DNA of 64,000 bases from an uncultured Candidatus Rokubacteria bacterium (GTDB lineage: Bacteria > Methylomirabilota > Methylomirabilia > Rokubacteriales > CSP1-6): positions 512,001-576,000 of the forward strand of contig CAVYTA010000007.1 in assembly GCA_963771355.1 (NCBI GenBank), given 5' to 3'. The notes under the pieces were generated by a model. The model saw nothing but the letters and a program-made list of their open reading frames with translations. It did no database searches and was not told the origin of the DNA. Shown piece after piece: positions 9,937 to 19,299 of this stretch (position 1 is its first letter; each line of letters opens with the position of its first letter). Position numbers and translations under genes: made by a program.

Positions 9937-11891
9937 GGTGGCGGAGGCTCCCGATCGGCGCGGAGCGCTCGGTCGACGGTGGGGTGCATTTTCGCGTCTG
10001 GGCGCCGCGGCCGAAGCGGGTGACGGTGGTGCTGGGGCACGAGCGGGATCGACAGGCCGTTCCGCTCGCCGCCGAGGGCAATGGATACTTCGCGGGCGTC
10101 TCGGCCGAGGCCGGCGTCGGCACGCTGTATCGCTTCCGTCTCGACGATGACGACACGCTGTATCCCGATCCCGCGTCGCGCTCTCAGCCGGAGGGCCCCG
10201 CCGGCCCCTCCCGCGTGATCGACCCCACGGAGTTCGCCTGGACGGACGCGGGCTGGGGGGGCGCCCCCCTCCACGGGCAAGTGATCTACGAGATGCACAT
10301 CGGCACGTTCACGCGCGAGCGCACATGGGCGGCGGCGGCGCGAGAGCTCGGCGAGCTGGCGGCCCTCGGGGTGACCTGCCTGGAGATGATGCCGATCGCC
10401 GAGTTCCCCGGGCGATTCGGCTGGGGCTACGACGGCGTCGATCTCTTCGCGCCCACCCGCCTCTACGGCGAGCCGGACGACCTGCGCCGGTTCGTGGATC
10501 AGGCGCATCGCCATGGGCTGGCCGTCATCCTGGACGTCGTCTACAACCATCTCGGGCCGGACGGCAACTACCTCAAGCAGTTCTCGCCGGACTACTTCAC
10601 CGACCGGTATGCCACGGACTGGGGGGAGGCCATCAACTTCGACGGCCCCGCCTCGGGACCGGTGCGCGAGTTCTTCCTCGCCAATGCCCGCGCATGGATC
10701 GAGGAGTTCCACTTCGACGGGCTCCGGCTGGACGCCACCCAGGCCATTCACGATGAGTCCCCCGAGCACATCGTGTCGGCCCTCGCGCGCGAGGTGCGCG
10801 CCGCCGCCCGCGGGCGCGCGACGCTCATCGTCGCGGAGAACGAGCTACAGCATTCGGACCTCGTCCGCCCAGCCGACCGCGGGGGCGGCGGTCTCGACGC
10901 GCTCTGGAACGACGATCTGCATCACAGCGCCGTGGTTGCGCTCACCGGCAAGAAGGAAGCGTACTACACCGACTACAACGGCTCGCCCCAGGAGCTCATC
11001 TCCGCCGCGAAGTGGGGCTTTCTCTACCAGGGCCAGCGGTACAAGTGGCAGCGACAGCGGCGCGGCCGACCGGCCCTCGATCTGCCGCCGGCCCACTTCG
11101 TGAGCTTCATCGAGAACCACGATCACGTGGCCAACGCCGCCGAGGGCAGCCGTCTGCACCGCCTGACGAGCCCGGGGCGCTACCGCGCGATGACGGCGTA
11201 TCTGCTGCTGACCCCGGGTACCCCCATGCTGTTCCAGGGGCAGGAGTTCGCTTCGTCGGCGCCGTTCCTGTACTTCGCGGATCACCGCGGCGAGCTCGGT
11301 GTCGCCGTGCGCAAGGGCCGCGCCGAATTCCTCGCGCAGTTCCCGAGCATCGCCACGCCGGAGATGATGGCGGCCCTGCCCGATCCGACCGCGGCCGACA
11401 CGTTCGAGCGCTGCACGCTCGACTTCGGGGAGCGGCGGCGCCATGAGAGCATCTATCGTATGCATCGCGACCTCCTGCGGCTCCGGCGCCACGATCCGGT
11501 GGTGAGCGCGCAGCGGCCGCGCGGCGTGGATGGCGCCGTGCTCGGGCCGGAGGCCTTCGTCCTGCGCTTCTTCGGAGAGGGAGGCGGCGACCGGCTGCTC
11601 GTCGTGAATCTGGGCGCCGATCTCACGTTCAATCCCGCGCCGGAGCCTCTCCTCGCGCCGCCCGCCGCCGCGCTCTGGCAAATCCTCTGGTCGAGCGACG
11701 ACGTTCGCTACGGGGGCGCGGGGGTGGCGCCGATCGAGATGCGGCAGAACTGGTGTATTCCCGGCCACGCGGCTGTCCTGCTCGAGCCCCATCCGGCGGC
11801 GGGGGCAGACGATCCGGCCGGCGGCGAGGGGGAGGAGACGGAGGAAGAGGAAACTCGCCGGGACGGGCGACGGCGATTGGGGGCCGCGTAG
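9933..11891 (+). CDS. treZ: Malto-oligosyltrehalose trehalohydrolase
   Basis: [55 protein letters not shown] and [12 protein letters not shown] overlap with the glgX stop sets the start at 9933. Confidence 0.94.
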   Translation: MRWRRLPIGAERSVDGGVHFRVWAPRPKRVTVVLGHERDRQAVPLAAEGNGYFAGVSAEAGVGTLYRFRLDDDDTLYPDPASRSQPEGPAGPSRVIDPTEFAWTDAGWGGAPLHGQVIYEMHIGTFTRERTWAAAARELGELAALGVTCLEMMPIAEFPGRFGWGYDGVDLFAPTRLYGEPDDLRRFVDQAHRHGLAVILDVVYNHLGPDGNYLKQFSPDYFTDRYATDWGEAINFDGPASGPVREFFLANARAWIEEFHFDGLRLDATQAIHDESPEHIVSALAREVRAAARGRATLIVAENELQHSDLVRPADRGGGGLDALWNDDLHHSAVVALTGKKEAYYTDYNGSPQELISAAKWGFLYQGQRYKWQRQRRGRPALDLPPAHFVSFIENHDHVANAAEGSRLHRLTSPGRYRAMTAYLLLTPGTPMLFQGQEFASSAPFLYFADHRGELGVAVRKGRAEFLAQFPSIATPEMMAALPDPTAADTFERCTLDFGERRRHESIYRMHRDLLRLRRHDPVVSAQRPRGVDGAVLGPEAFVLRFFGEGGGDRLLVVNLGADLTFNPAPEPLLAPPAAALWQILWSSDDVRYGGAGVAPIEMRQNWCIPGHAAVLLEPHPAAGADDPAGGEGEETEEEETRRDGRRRLGAA

Positions 11892-11893
11892 TG

Positions 11894-13960
11894 ATGGAGG
11901 TCGCCCGCGCCCTCGCCTGCGCCGGAGAGCGAGAGCGCGACCCCGGCTCGCTGCTCAGCCGCGAGTGGCTGGTCACCAACGGGCTCGGTGGCTTCGCGGC
12001 GGGGACGCTGGCGGGCATCCCGACGCGCCGCTACCATGGGCTGCTCGTGGCGGCGCTCCCCACGCCGCTCGGACGGACCGTCATGCTGAATCACCTGTCC
12101 GAGTGGCTCCGGCTGGCCGATGGCACGCGCTTCGAGATCGGCGGGCAGGAGCGCGCCGGCAGCGGGCTCGAATGGCCCGGCGCGCGACACCTCGTCGAGT
12201 TCAGGCTCGAGTACGGCTTGCCCCGGTGGCGCTACGACATCGGCGACACGACCATCGAGAAGTCCGTGGGGATGCCGCACCAGCAGAACACCGTGCACGT
12301 CACGTATCGCCTGCTCCGCGGCGAGTCCGTCCGGCTCAAGCTCCGTCCGGCCCTCCACGTCCGCCCGCTCGAGGGCTCGGTGCATGGGGCGATCGCCGAG
12401 CCCTACACGATCACCGCCGTCGAGGATCGTCTGGAGCTGGCGACGGCGCGCGGCTACCCGCCGCTCCGTCTCAAGATCTACGGCCGCCGAGCCACCTTCG
12501 CGCTGGACAGCGCCCGGCTCCAGAACGTCCACTACCGGGCCGAGGCCGAACGAGGCTATGCGGACGCGGGCGAGCTGTGGAGCCCCGGCTACTTCAGCAC
12601 CGACCTCAGCCCGGACGCGAGCACGACCCTGATGGCCTCCACCGAGCCGTGGGACACGCTCGGGGCGCTCTCCCCAGAGGCCGCGGAAGAGGTCGAGCGC
12701 GAGCGTCGCGAGTGGCTACTCGCCAGCGCCCAGCCGGCGGCACCCTCCGGCGTGGGCGCCGAGCTCGTCCTTGCCGCCGACCAGTTCGTCATCACACCCT
12801 CGAGCCGGCGCGAGGATGCCGCCCGCGCCCGTGCCACCGGCGGCGACGTGCGCTCGATCATCGCCGGCTATCACTGGTTCACCGACTGGGGCCGCGACAC
12901 GATGATCGCCCTCGAAGGGCTCACGTGCGTGACCGGCCGCCACGTGGAGGCGGGGTACATCCTGCGCACGTTCGGCCAGCACGTGCGCGACGGCCTCATT
13001 CCCAACATGTTCCCCGACGGCAGCAACGAAGGTCTGTACCACACGGCGGATGCCACCCTGTGGTTCTTCCATGCGATCCATCGCTATCTCGTGACCACCG
13101 GGGATTCGGCGACCCTGGCCGCGCTCCTTCCGAAGCTCTGCGATATCGTCCACCGCCACCTCGAGGGCACGCGCTTCGGCATCCACGTCGATCCGAAGGA
13201 CGGCCTGCTGATCCAGGGAGCGGAAGGCTATGCGCTCACCTGGATGGACGCCAAGTGCGACGGGTGGGTGGTGACGCCCCGCCGCGGCAAGGCGGTCGAG
13301 ATCAATGCGCTCTGGTACAACGCGCTCCGACTGCTCGAGGGCTGGACGCGCGAGTCGGGGGACGATGGGGCGGCGGGCGTGCTCGCCGCTCACGCCGACC
13401 AGTGCCGCCGCTCGTTCAACCAGCGTTTCTGGAGTCCCGAGGCCGGGTATCTCCATGACGTGGTGGAGAGCGCCGACCTGGCGGGTGCGGACGACCGCGC
13501 CTGCCGTCCGAACCAGCTCCTCGCCATCTCGCTCCCGCACCCCGTGCTCGACGAGTCGCGCTGGGCCGCAGTCGTCGAGACCGCGCGCGCCCGTCTCTTG
13601 ACCCCGGTGGGGCTGCGCTCGCTGTCGCCCGACCACCCCGATTTCAAGCCCTCGTACCACGGCGACCTGCGGACGCGAGACGCGGCCTATCACCAGGGCG
13701 CGGTGTGGGCATGGCTGATCGGCCCGTTCATCGACGCATGGCTCAAGGTGCATCCGGACGACCGCGTGGGCGCGCGCCGCTTTCTCGACGGCTTCGTGCC
13801 GCATCTGGACGAGGCGTGCATCGGAACGATCGGCGAGATCTTCGACCCCATTGACCCGTACCGGCCCCGCGGCTGCGTCGCTCAGGCGTGGAGCGTCGCC
13901 GAGGTGCTGCGCTGCTGGGTCCATACCGCGCCCGTGGCCGCCCCCTCGGGGACGCCGTGA
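11894..13960 (+). CDS. Amylo-alpha-1,6-glucosidase (GDE_N + GDE_C glycogen debranching enzyme)
   Basis: REWLVTNGLGGFA, TRRYHGLL, IAGYHWFTDWGRDTMI, LTWMDAK, TPRRGKAVEINALWY, RPNQL, AYHQGAVW and QAWSVAE. Confidence 0.93.
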   Translation: MEVARALACAGERERDPGSLLSREWLVTNGLGGFAAGTLAGIPTRRYHGLLVAALPTPLGRTVMLNHLSEWLRLADGTRFEIGGQERAGSGLEWPGARHLVEFRLEYGLPRWRYDIGDTTIEKSVGMPHQQNTVHVTYRLLRGESVRLKLRPALHVRPLEGSVHGAIAEPYTITAVEDRLELATARGYPPLRLKIYGRRATFALDSARLQNVHYRAEAERGYADAGELWSPGYFSTDLSPDASTTLMASTEPWDTLGALSPEAAEEVERERREWLLASAQPAAPSGVGAELVLAADQFVITPSSRREDAARARATGGDVRSIIAGYHWFTDWGRDTMIALEGLTCVTGRHVEAGYILRTFGQHVRDGLIPNMFPDGSNEGLYHTADATLWFFHAIHRYLVTTGDSATLAALLPKLCDIVHRHLEGTRFGIHVDPKDGLLIQGAEGYALTWMDAKCDGWVVTPRRGKAVEINALWYNALRLLEGWTRESGDDGAAGVLAAHADQCRRSFNQRFWSPEAGYLHDVVESADLAGADDRACRPNQLLAISLPHPVLDESRWAAVVETARARLLTPVGLRSLSPDHPDFKPSYHGDLRTRDAAYHQGAVWAWLIGPFIDAWLKVHPDDRVGARRFLDGFVPHLDEACIGTIGEIFDPIDPYRPRGCVAQAWSVAEVLRCWVHTAPVAAPSGTP

Positions 13961-15447
13961 GGTTCGCGCGGTCGAGCGGCGTACTCCTCCATCCTACGTC
14001 CCTGCCGGGCCCGTTCGGCGTCGGCGACTTCGGCCGGGAGGCCCGCGGCTTCGTCGACTTCCTGGCCGGCGCCGGGCAGACCTTCTGGCAGATCATGCCC
14101 CTCGGCCCTCCCGGCTACGGCGGGTCGCCGTATGCGTCCACCTCCGCGTTCGCGGGCAACGTGGAGCTGATCAGTCCCGAGGAGCTGGTCGCCGGGGGCC
14201 TCCTCGACGAGACGGACGTCGGCGGTCCACTCAAGCGCGACTTGCTCGAGCGAGCCTTTCATCGCTTCAAGGGCCGCGTCCAGGGTGACCGCGAGCTCCG
14301 GCACGATTACGAGAGCGTGCTCGCGCTGGCGGCATCCTGGCTCGACGACTACGTTCTGTTCGCCGCGCTCAAGGACGTTCACGACGGCGCCGGCTGGCTC
14401 TCGTGGGAACCCGCGTCCGCGCGTCGCGAGCCCGCCGGGCTCGCCCAGGCACGGCGCGAGCTCGGCGATCGGATCGAGGCGCACCGCTTCTTTCAGTACG
14501 TGTTCTTGCGGCAGTGGCTCGATCTCAAGCGCTACGCCAATGAGCGGGGGATCCGGATCGTCGGCGACATTCCTGTCTTCGTCGCCCACGACTCCGCCGA
14601 CGTGTGGGCGCGTCCGCACCTGTGGAAGCTCGACACGGATGGGCGGCCGACCGTCGTGGGCGGGGTGCCGCCGGATGCCTTCAGCGCCACCGGGCAGCTC
14701 TGGGGCAATCCGCTCTACGACTGGGACCGTCTTGGCGCCGAGGGGTTCGGGTGGTGGATCGACCGAATGCGCGAGACCCTCAAGCTCGTGGACGTGGTGC
14801 GGCTCGACCACTTCCGCGGGTTCGCCGCGTACTGGGAGGTGCCGGCGACCGCCCGCACCGCGGAGCACGGACGGTGGGTCGAGGCGCCGGGACGCGCGCT
14901 GCTGCGGGCGATCACCGGCGCGTGCGGCGGCAGCGACTTGCCGATCATCGCCGAGGATCTCGGCACCATCACGGCAGACGTGCACGCGCTGCGCGAGGAG
15001 TTCGGCTTCCCCGGCATGCGCGTGCTCCAGTTCGCGTGGAACGGCGATCCCCACGATGCCCACCTGCCCCACGAGTACCCGACGCACGTCGTCGCCTACA
15101 CGGGCACGCACGACAACGACACCGTCGTCGGCTGGTTCGCGCACCGCTCGGGCGAGACCGCCACCGAGGCGGAGCGTCTCGAGCGCGCGAGATGCCTGCG
15201 CTATCTCGGCGGCGCCGGCGCCCACATCCACTGGGACTTCATCCGCGCCGTCCAGATGTCGGTGGCCGACGTCAGCATCGTGCCGATGCAAGACCTCCTC
15301 GGCCTCGACTCCACCGCTCGCATGAACACGCCCGGCCGCGCCTCCGGCAACTGGTCCTGGCGGTTCCCACCCGGGGCGCTCACCGCGGAGCTTCGCGCGC
15401 GGCTGCGCGAGAGCACGGAGACCTACGGGCGCCGGCCGTCGCCCTGA
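13957..15447 (+). CDS. malQ: 4-alpha-glucanotransferase (amylomaltase, GH77)
   Basis: RSSGVLLHPTSLP, WQIMPLGP, GDIPVFV, GVPPDAFS, GQLWGNP, RLDHFRG, IAEDLG, YTGTHDNDT and RMNTPG; GTGA overlap. Confidence 0.95.
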   Translation: MRFARSSGVLLHPTSLPGPFGVGDFGREARGFVDFLAGAGQTFWQIMPLGPPGYGGSPYASTSAFAGNVELISPEELVAGGLLDETDVGGPLKRDLLERAFHRFKGRVQGDRELRHDYESVLALAASWLDDYVLFAALKDVHDGAGWLSWEPASARREPAGLAQARRELGDRIEAHRFFQYVFLRQWLDLKRYANERGIRIVGDIPVFVAHDSADVWARPHLWKLDTDGRPTVVGGVPPDAFSATGQLWGNPLYDWDRLGAEGFGWWIDRMRETLKLVDVVRLDHFRGFAAYWEVPATARTAEHGRWVEAPGRALLRAITGACGGSDLPIIAEDLGTITADVHALREEFGFPGMRVLQFAWNGDPHDAHLPHEYPTHVVAYTGTHDNDTVVGWFAHRSGETATEAERLERARCLRYLGGAGAHIHWDFIRAVQMSVADVSIVPMQDLLGLDSTARMNTPGRASGNWSWRFPPGALTAELRARLRESTETYGRRPSP

Positions 15448-15660
15448 CGGTGGGGAGAGACACCCCGGCCACTCGCGAGAACGTCATCGAGCGCTCGGTG
15501 GTGCTTGCCTCCCGAGGCTCGCGAGAGGGAGCGAGACCACGCTACGCTCTTGACGCCGCCCTGGCGACGGAGCAGTATCGGTCCCGCCCGACCCGCTCGG
15601 CGTCTTGAAGCCGAGTTTTAGGCCCGCACGGCGCGGTGAACCCGAGACGAAGGAGGCGCC

Positions 15661-17352
15661 ATGATCGACGTCGACGCTCGCCCCGAAGACCCCCGATCCG
15701 GCTCTCGGTCGCTCTCGCGCCGCGAGATGCTCGGACTGCTCGCCACGACGGGCGCGGGGACGATGCTGGCACCCATCATCTCGTCCGGCGCCGCGCTCGC
15801 CGCTGAGACCCCGAAGAAGGGCGGCCAGATCGTGGTGGCGCTGTCCCAGGAGCCCACTGTCTTCAATCCCAACCGGCCACACATCGAGGTGGATCGCGGT
15901 GTCCACTTCGGCCTCTTCGACAGTCTGTGGCGGGTGGACGAGAAGGCCCAATTCCTCCCCAACCTGGCCATAGAGATGCCGACCGTGAAGAACGGCGGTA
16001 TCCAAAAGAACGGCCTCGAGTATCTGGTGAAGCTCCGGAAGGGCGTCAAGTGGCACGACGGCAAGCCGTTCACCTCGAAGGACGTGAAATTCACGCACGA
16101 GTTGATCACGAATCCCAAGTTCGGGGCCTACAGCAAGGTGGGGCACGATCAGGTGGCCAGCGTCGAGACGCCGGACGAGTCCACCGTGCGGATCCGACTC
16201 AAGGAGCCCTTCGCCCCCTTCATGACGGCGTGGGGAGACACCTACATCGTGCCCGCCCACATCCTGGAGGGCGTGGCTGATCCCAACACCGCCGAGTTCA
16301 ACAACAAGAGCCCGGTGGGCACGGGGCCATTCAGGCTCGGTAGCCGCGTCGCCGGCGACCACCTCCTCCTCGTTGCCAATCCCGCGTACCACATGGGAGC
16401 GCCCGCCCTCGAGCGAGTGATTTTCAAGTACATTCCGGACCTCACCGTCCTGTACACCCAGTTCAAAGGCGGCGCGGTGGACGTGACGGGCATGCAGGGT
16501 ATCTCGGCGGAGTTCTATAGCGAGGCCAAGAGTCTCCCCGGCGTGGCCATCCACTTACATTATTCGCCCTCGGTGGAATACATCTACTTCAATCACGGCA
16601 ACCCGAAGTTCACGGAGCGGGCGGTCCGGCAGGCGCTTTACTACGCGATGGACAAGAAGGCCATCATCGACCAGGTCTACTACGGCCTGCCCAAGCCGGT
16701 GGAAGGATACCTGCCGCCCACGTCCTGGGCCTACAATGCCGAGCTACCCAAGCACGAGTACAACCCCGACAAAGCCAAGCAGATCCTGGAGGAGGCCGGA
16801 TGGAAAGCGGGCGGCGACGGCGTGCGGGCGAAGGGCGGCGTGCGCTTGTCCTTCACCAACGCCACCACCGCGGGTAACAAGCTCCGCGAGCAGACGCAGG
16901 CGCTCGTCCAGCAGAACTGGCGGGCCATCGGCGTGGAGATGCAGATTACCAACATGCCGGCGGCCGTGATCTGGGGCGAGTACTACGTGAAGTCCAAGTT
17001 CGAGACGCTGCTGGTCGGGATCCAGGCTTCCGTGGGCGACGATCCCGACTGCCTGAACCGAATCCACAGCAAGTACATCGCCGCCAAGACGGGCTCGGGC
17101 CGGAACGTGAGCCAGTACGAGAACCCCACCGTCGACAAGCTCCTCGAGGACGGCGTGCGGGAGATCGACCGCGCCAAGCGCCGCGCCATCTATCTCAAGC
17201 TCCAAGAGGTGATCCGCACCGATCTCGCATACCTCCCCATCTTCAGCTACGTGCGCATCGAGGGCGTGAAGCAGGGAATCGTCAACTACACGCCCAACAG
17301 CAATACGCTGACGAATAGCTGGAACATGCACGAGTGGGGGTGGAAGGCCTGA
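15661..17352 (+). CDS. Peptide/nickel ABC transporter substrate-binding protein (family 5) with Tat signal
   Basis: SRREML twin-arginine signal; LRKGVKWHDGKPFTSKDVKFT; PVGTGPF; VRQALYYA; RBS AAGGAGG upstream. Confidence 0.92.
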   Translation: MIDVDARPEDPRSGSRSLSRREMLGLLATTGAGTMLAPIISSGAALAAETPKKGGQIVVALSQEPTVFNPNRPHIEVDRGVHFGLFDSLWRVDEKAQFLPNLAIEMPTVKNGGIQKNGLEYLVKLRKGVKWHDGKPFTSKDVKFTHELITNPKFGAYSKVGHDQVASVETPDESTVRIRLKEPFAPFMTAWGDTYIVPAHILEGVADPNTAEFNNKSPVGTGPFRLGSRVAGDHLLLVANPAYHMGAPALERVIFKYIPDLTVLYTQFKGGAVDVTGMQGISAEFYSEAKSLPGVAIHLHYSPSVEYIYFNHGNPKFTERAVRQALYYAMDKKAIIDQVYYGLPKPVEGYLPPTSWAYNAELPKHEYNPDKAKQILEEAGWKAGGDGVRAKGGVRLSFTNATTAGNKLREQTQALVQQNWRAIGVEMQITNMPAAVIWGEYYVKSKFETLLVGIQASVGDDPDCLNRIHSKYIAAKTGSGRNVSQYENPTVDKLLEDGVREIDRAKRRAIYLKLQEVIRTDLAYLPIFSYVRIEGVKQGIVNYTPNSNTLTNSWNMHEWGWKA

Positions 17353-17407
17353 TCGAAGGTCTCTCCGCGCGGAGCGGGGCGTTGGCCGCGCCGGCTTCGA
17401 CACGGCA

Positions 17408-18361
17408 GTGAGACAGTACTTCGCGCGGCGGGTAATCCAGGCGGTCGTGGTGCTCTGCCTGGTCTCGCTCGCCGGGTTCTCCCTCCTCCATCTGGCGCCG
17501 GGCGGGCCGGCGGCCATTTACGCGCTCAGCCCCACCATGAGCGCCGAGGATCTCGACCGGATCACCCACGAGCTCGGGCTCGACCGGCCGATCCACGTCC
17601 AGTACCTCTCCTGGGCCAAGGGTTTCCTCAGCGGCAACTGGGGTCGCTCTTACCGTGACGGGCGGGTGGTCCTCGAGGTGATCGTCGATCGGGTCCCGGC
17701 TACGGTCATTCTCATGCTGAGCGCTTTCTCGGTGGCCGTGCTCCTGGGCCTGGCCAGTGGGATCGTGAGCGCCGTCCGCCAGTACTCGCTCTTCGACCAC
17801 CTGGCCACCCTCGGCGCCATGGTGGCGCTGTCCATCCCTACCTTCTGGCTGGGCCTCATGGCCATCTACGTGTTCTCGGAGCTGCTCCACACCCTTCCTC
17901 CCGGCAATATCGGGACGGTAGGCGCGCCGTTCGCCCTCGCCGACCGTCTGCGTCACCTGATCCTGCCGGCGGGAACGCTTGGCATGGTCATGGTGGCGAC
18001 GTGGAGCCGCTATACGCGGGCCTCCATGCTGGAGGTGATCGGCGAGGACTACATCCGCACCGCGCGAGCCAAGGGCGTGTCGCAGGGCTGGGTCATCCTC
18101 AAGCACGCGCTCAGGAATGCGCTCATCCCGCTGGTGACGCTGGCCGGCCTCCAGCTCCCTTTGGTGTTCAGCGGCGCGCTGGTAACGGAGACCATCTTCA
18201 CATGGCCGGGCATGGGCCGGCTCTTCGTCGACTCCATCGGCTACCGCGATTACCCGGTGCTCATGGGGATCCTGATGTTCACGGCGACGCTCGTCATCCT
18301 GGGGAATCTGGTGGCGGACCTCGTCTACGCGGCCATCGACCCGCGGGTGCGCCACTCGTGA
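17408..18361 (+). CDS. Peptide ABC transporter permease (DppB/OppB family)
   Basis: LGLDRP, EAA motif EDYIRTARAKG, HALRNA, ETIFTWPGMG and C-terminal DPRV. Confidence 0.93.
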   Translation: MRQYFARRVIQAVVVLCLVSLAGFSLLHLAPGGPAAIYALSPTMSAEDLDRITHELGLDRPIHVQYLSWAKGFLSGNWGRSYRDGRVVLEVIVDRVPATVILMLSAFSVAVLLGLASGIVSAVRQYSLFDHLATLGAMVALSIPTFWLGLMAIYVFSELLHTLPPGNIGTVGAPFALADRLRHLILPAGTLGMVMVATWSRYTRASMLEVIGEDYIRTARAKGVSQGWVILKHALRNALIPLVTLAGLQLPLVFSGALVTETIFTWPGMGRLFVDSIGYRDYPVLMGILMFTATLVILGNLVADLVYAAIDPRVRHS

Positions 18362-19260
18362 GCGCGGCCGTGGTGGCTGCCGCGGCTCCCGCGAAGACCG
18401 CCGCGCCGGAGGCTCTCGCCGGCATCTTCTGGGCGCGCTTCGTGCGCCACCGGCCCGCCGTGATCAGCGCGGTGGTGATCGCACTCCTCGGGCTGGCCTC
18501 GATCTTCGCCGGCTCGATCGCCATGCGCGATCCGCTCCAGATCGAGATGGCCCACAAGTTCGCGCCGCCCCTGGCCAAGGGGCATCTCCTGGGCGCCGAC
18601 GAGCTCGGGCGCGACGTGCTCTCGCGCCTCCTTCACGCCGGACGCATCTCGCTGACGGTGGGACTTGCCGCCATGGCCGTGACCGTCATCGTGGGCGCCG
18701 TCCTGGGTACCATGGCCGGGTACGTCGGCGGGGTGGTGGACACGGTGCTGCTCCGGCTCACCGACGCCATGCTCTCGTTCCCCCCGATCTTCATGCTGCT
18801 GGCGTTGGCCGCATTCGTCCGGCCCTCGCTGGCCTCCATGACACTCATCATCGCGACCACGTCGTGGATGGACGTGACGCGCATGGTACGGGGCCTGATC
18901 CTCACGCTCCGGGAGCAGGAGTTCGTGACGGGCGCGCGGGGGCTCGGGGCCTCGGGGGCGCGAATCATGACGCGGCACCTTCTACCCAACACGGTGGGGA
19001 TCATCGCCGTGGCTGCCACCCTCTCGGTGGCCCGCGCGATCCTGCTTGAGTCCTATATCAGCTTCCTCGGCTACGGTATCCAGCCACCTCTGGCGAGCTG
19101 GGGCAACATGCTCAACAATGCCCAGAGCTACTTCACGACCGCTCCATGGGTGGCGATTTTCCCCGGGGTGATGATCACGCTGGCGGTGACGAGCTTCAAC
19201 TTCCTCGGCGACGGGCTCCGCGACGCCCTCGATCCCCGCCACATCCGCTCGCGGACCTGA
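18358..19260 (+). CDS. Peptide ABC transporter permease (DppC/OppC family)
   Basis: HLLGADELGRD, EQEFVTGARGLGA, HLLPN, SWGNML and GDGLRDALDP; GTGA overlap. Confidence 0.93.
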   Translation: MSAAVVAAAAPAKTAAPEALAGIFWARFVRHRPAVISAVVIALLGLASIFAGSIAMRDPLQIEMAHKFAPPLAKGHLLGADELGRDVLSRLLHAGRISLTVGLAAMAVTVIVGAVLGTMAGYVGGVVDTVLLRLTDAMLSFPPIFMLLALAAFVRPSLASMTLIIATTSWMDVTRMVRGLILTLREQEFVTGARGLGASGARIMTRHLLPNTVGIIAVAATLSVARAILLESYISFLGYGIQPPLASWGNMLNNAQSYFTTAPWVAIFPGVMITLAVTSFNFLGDGLRDALDPRHIRSRT

Positions 19261-19299
19261 GCGGCAGCCGGCTCAAGCGCTCCGTAAGGGTCCGCCATC

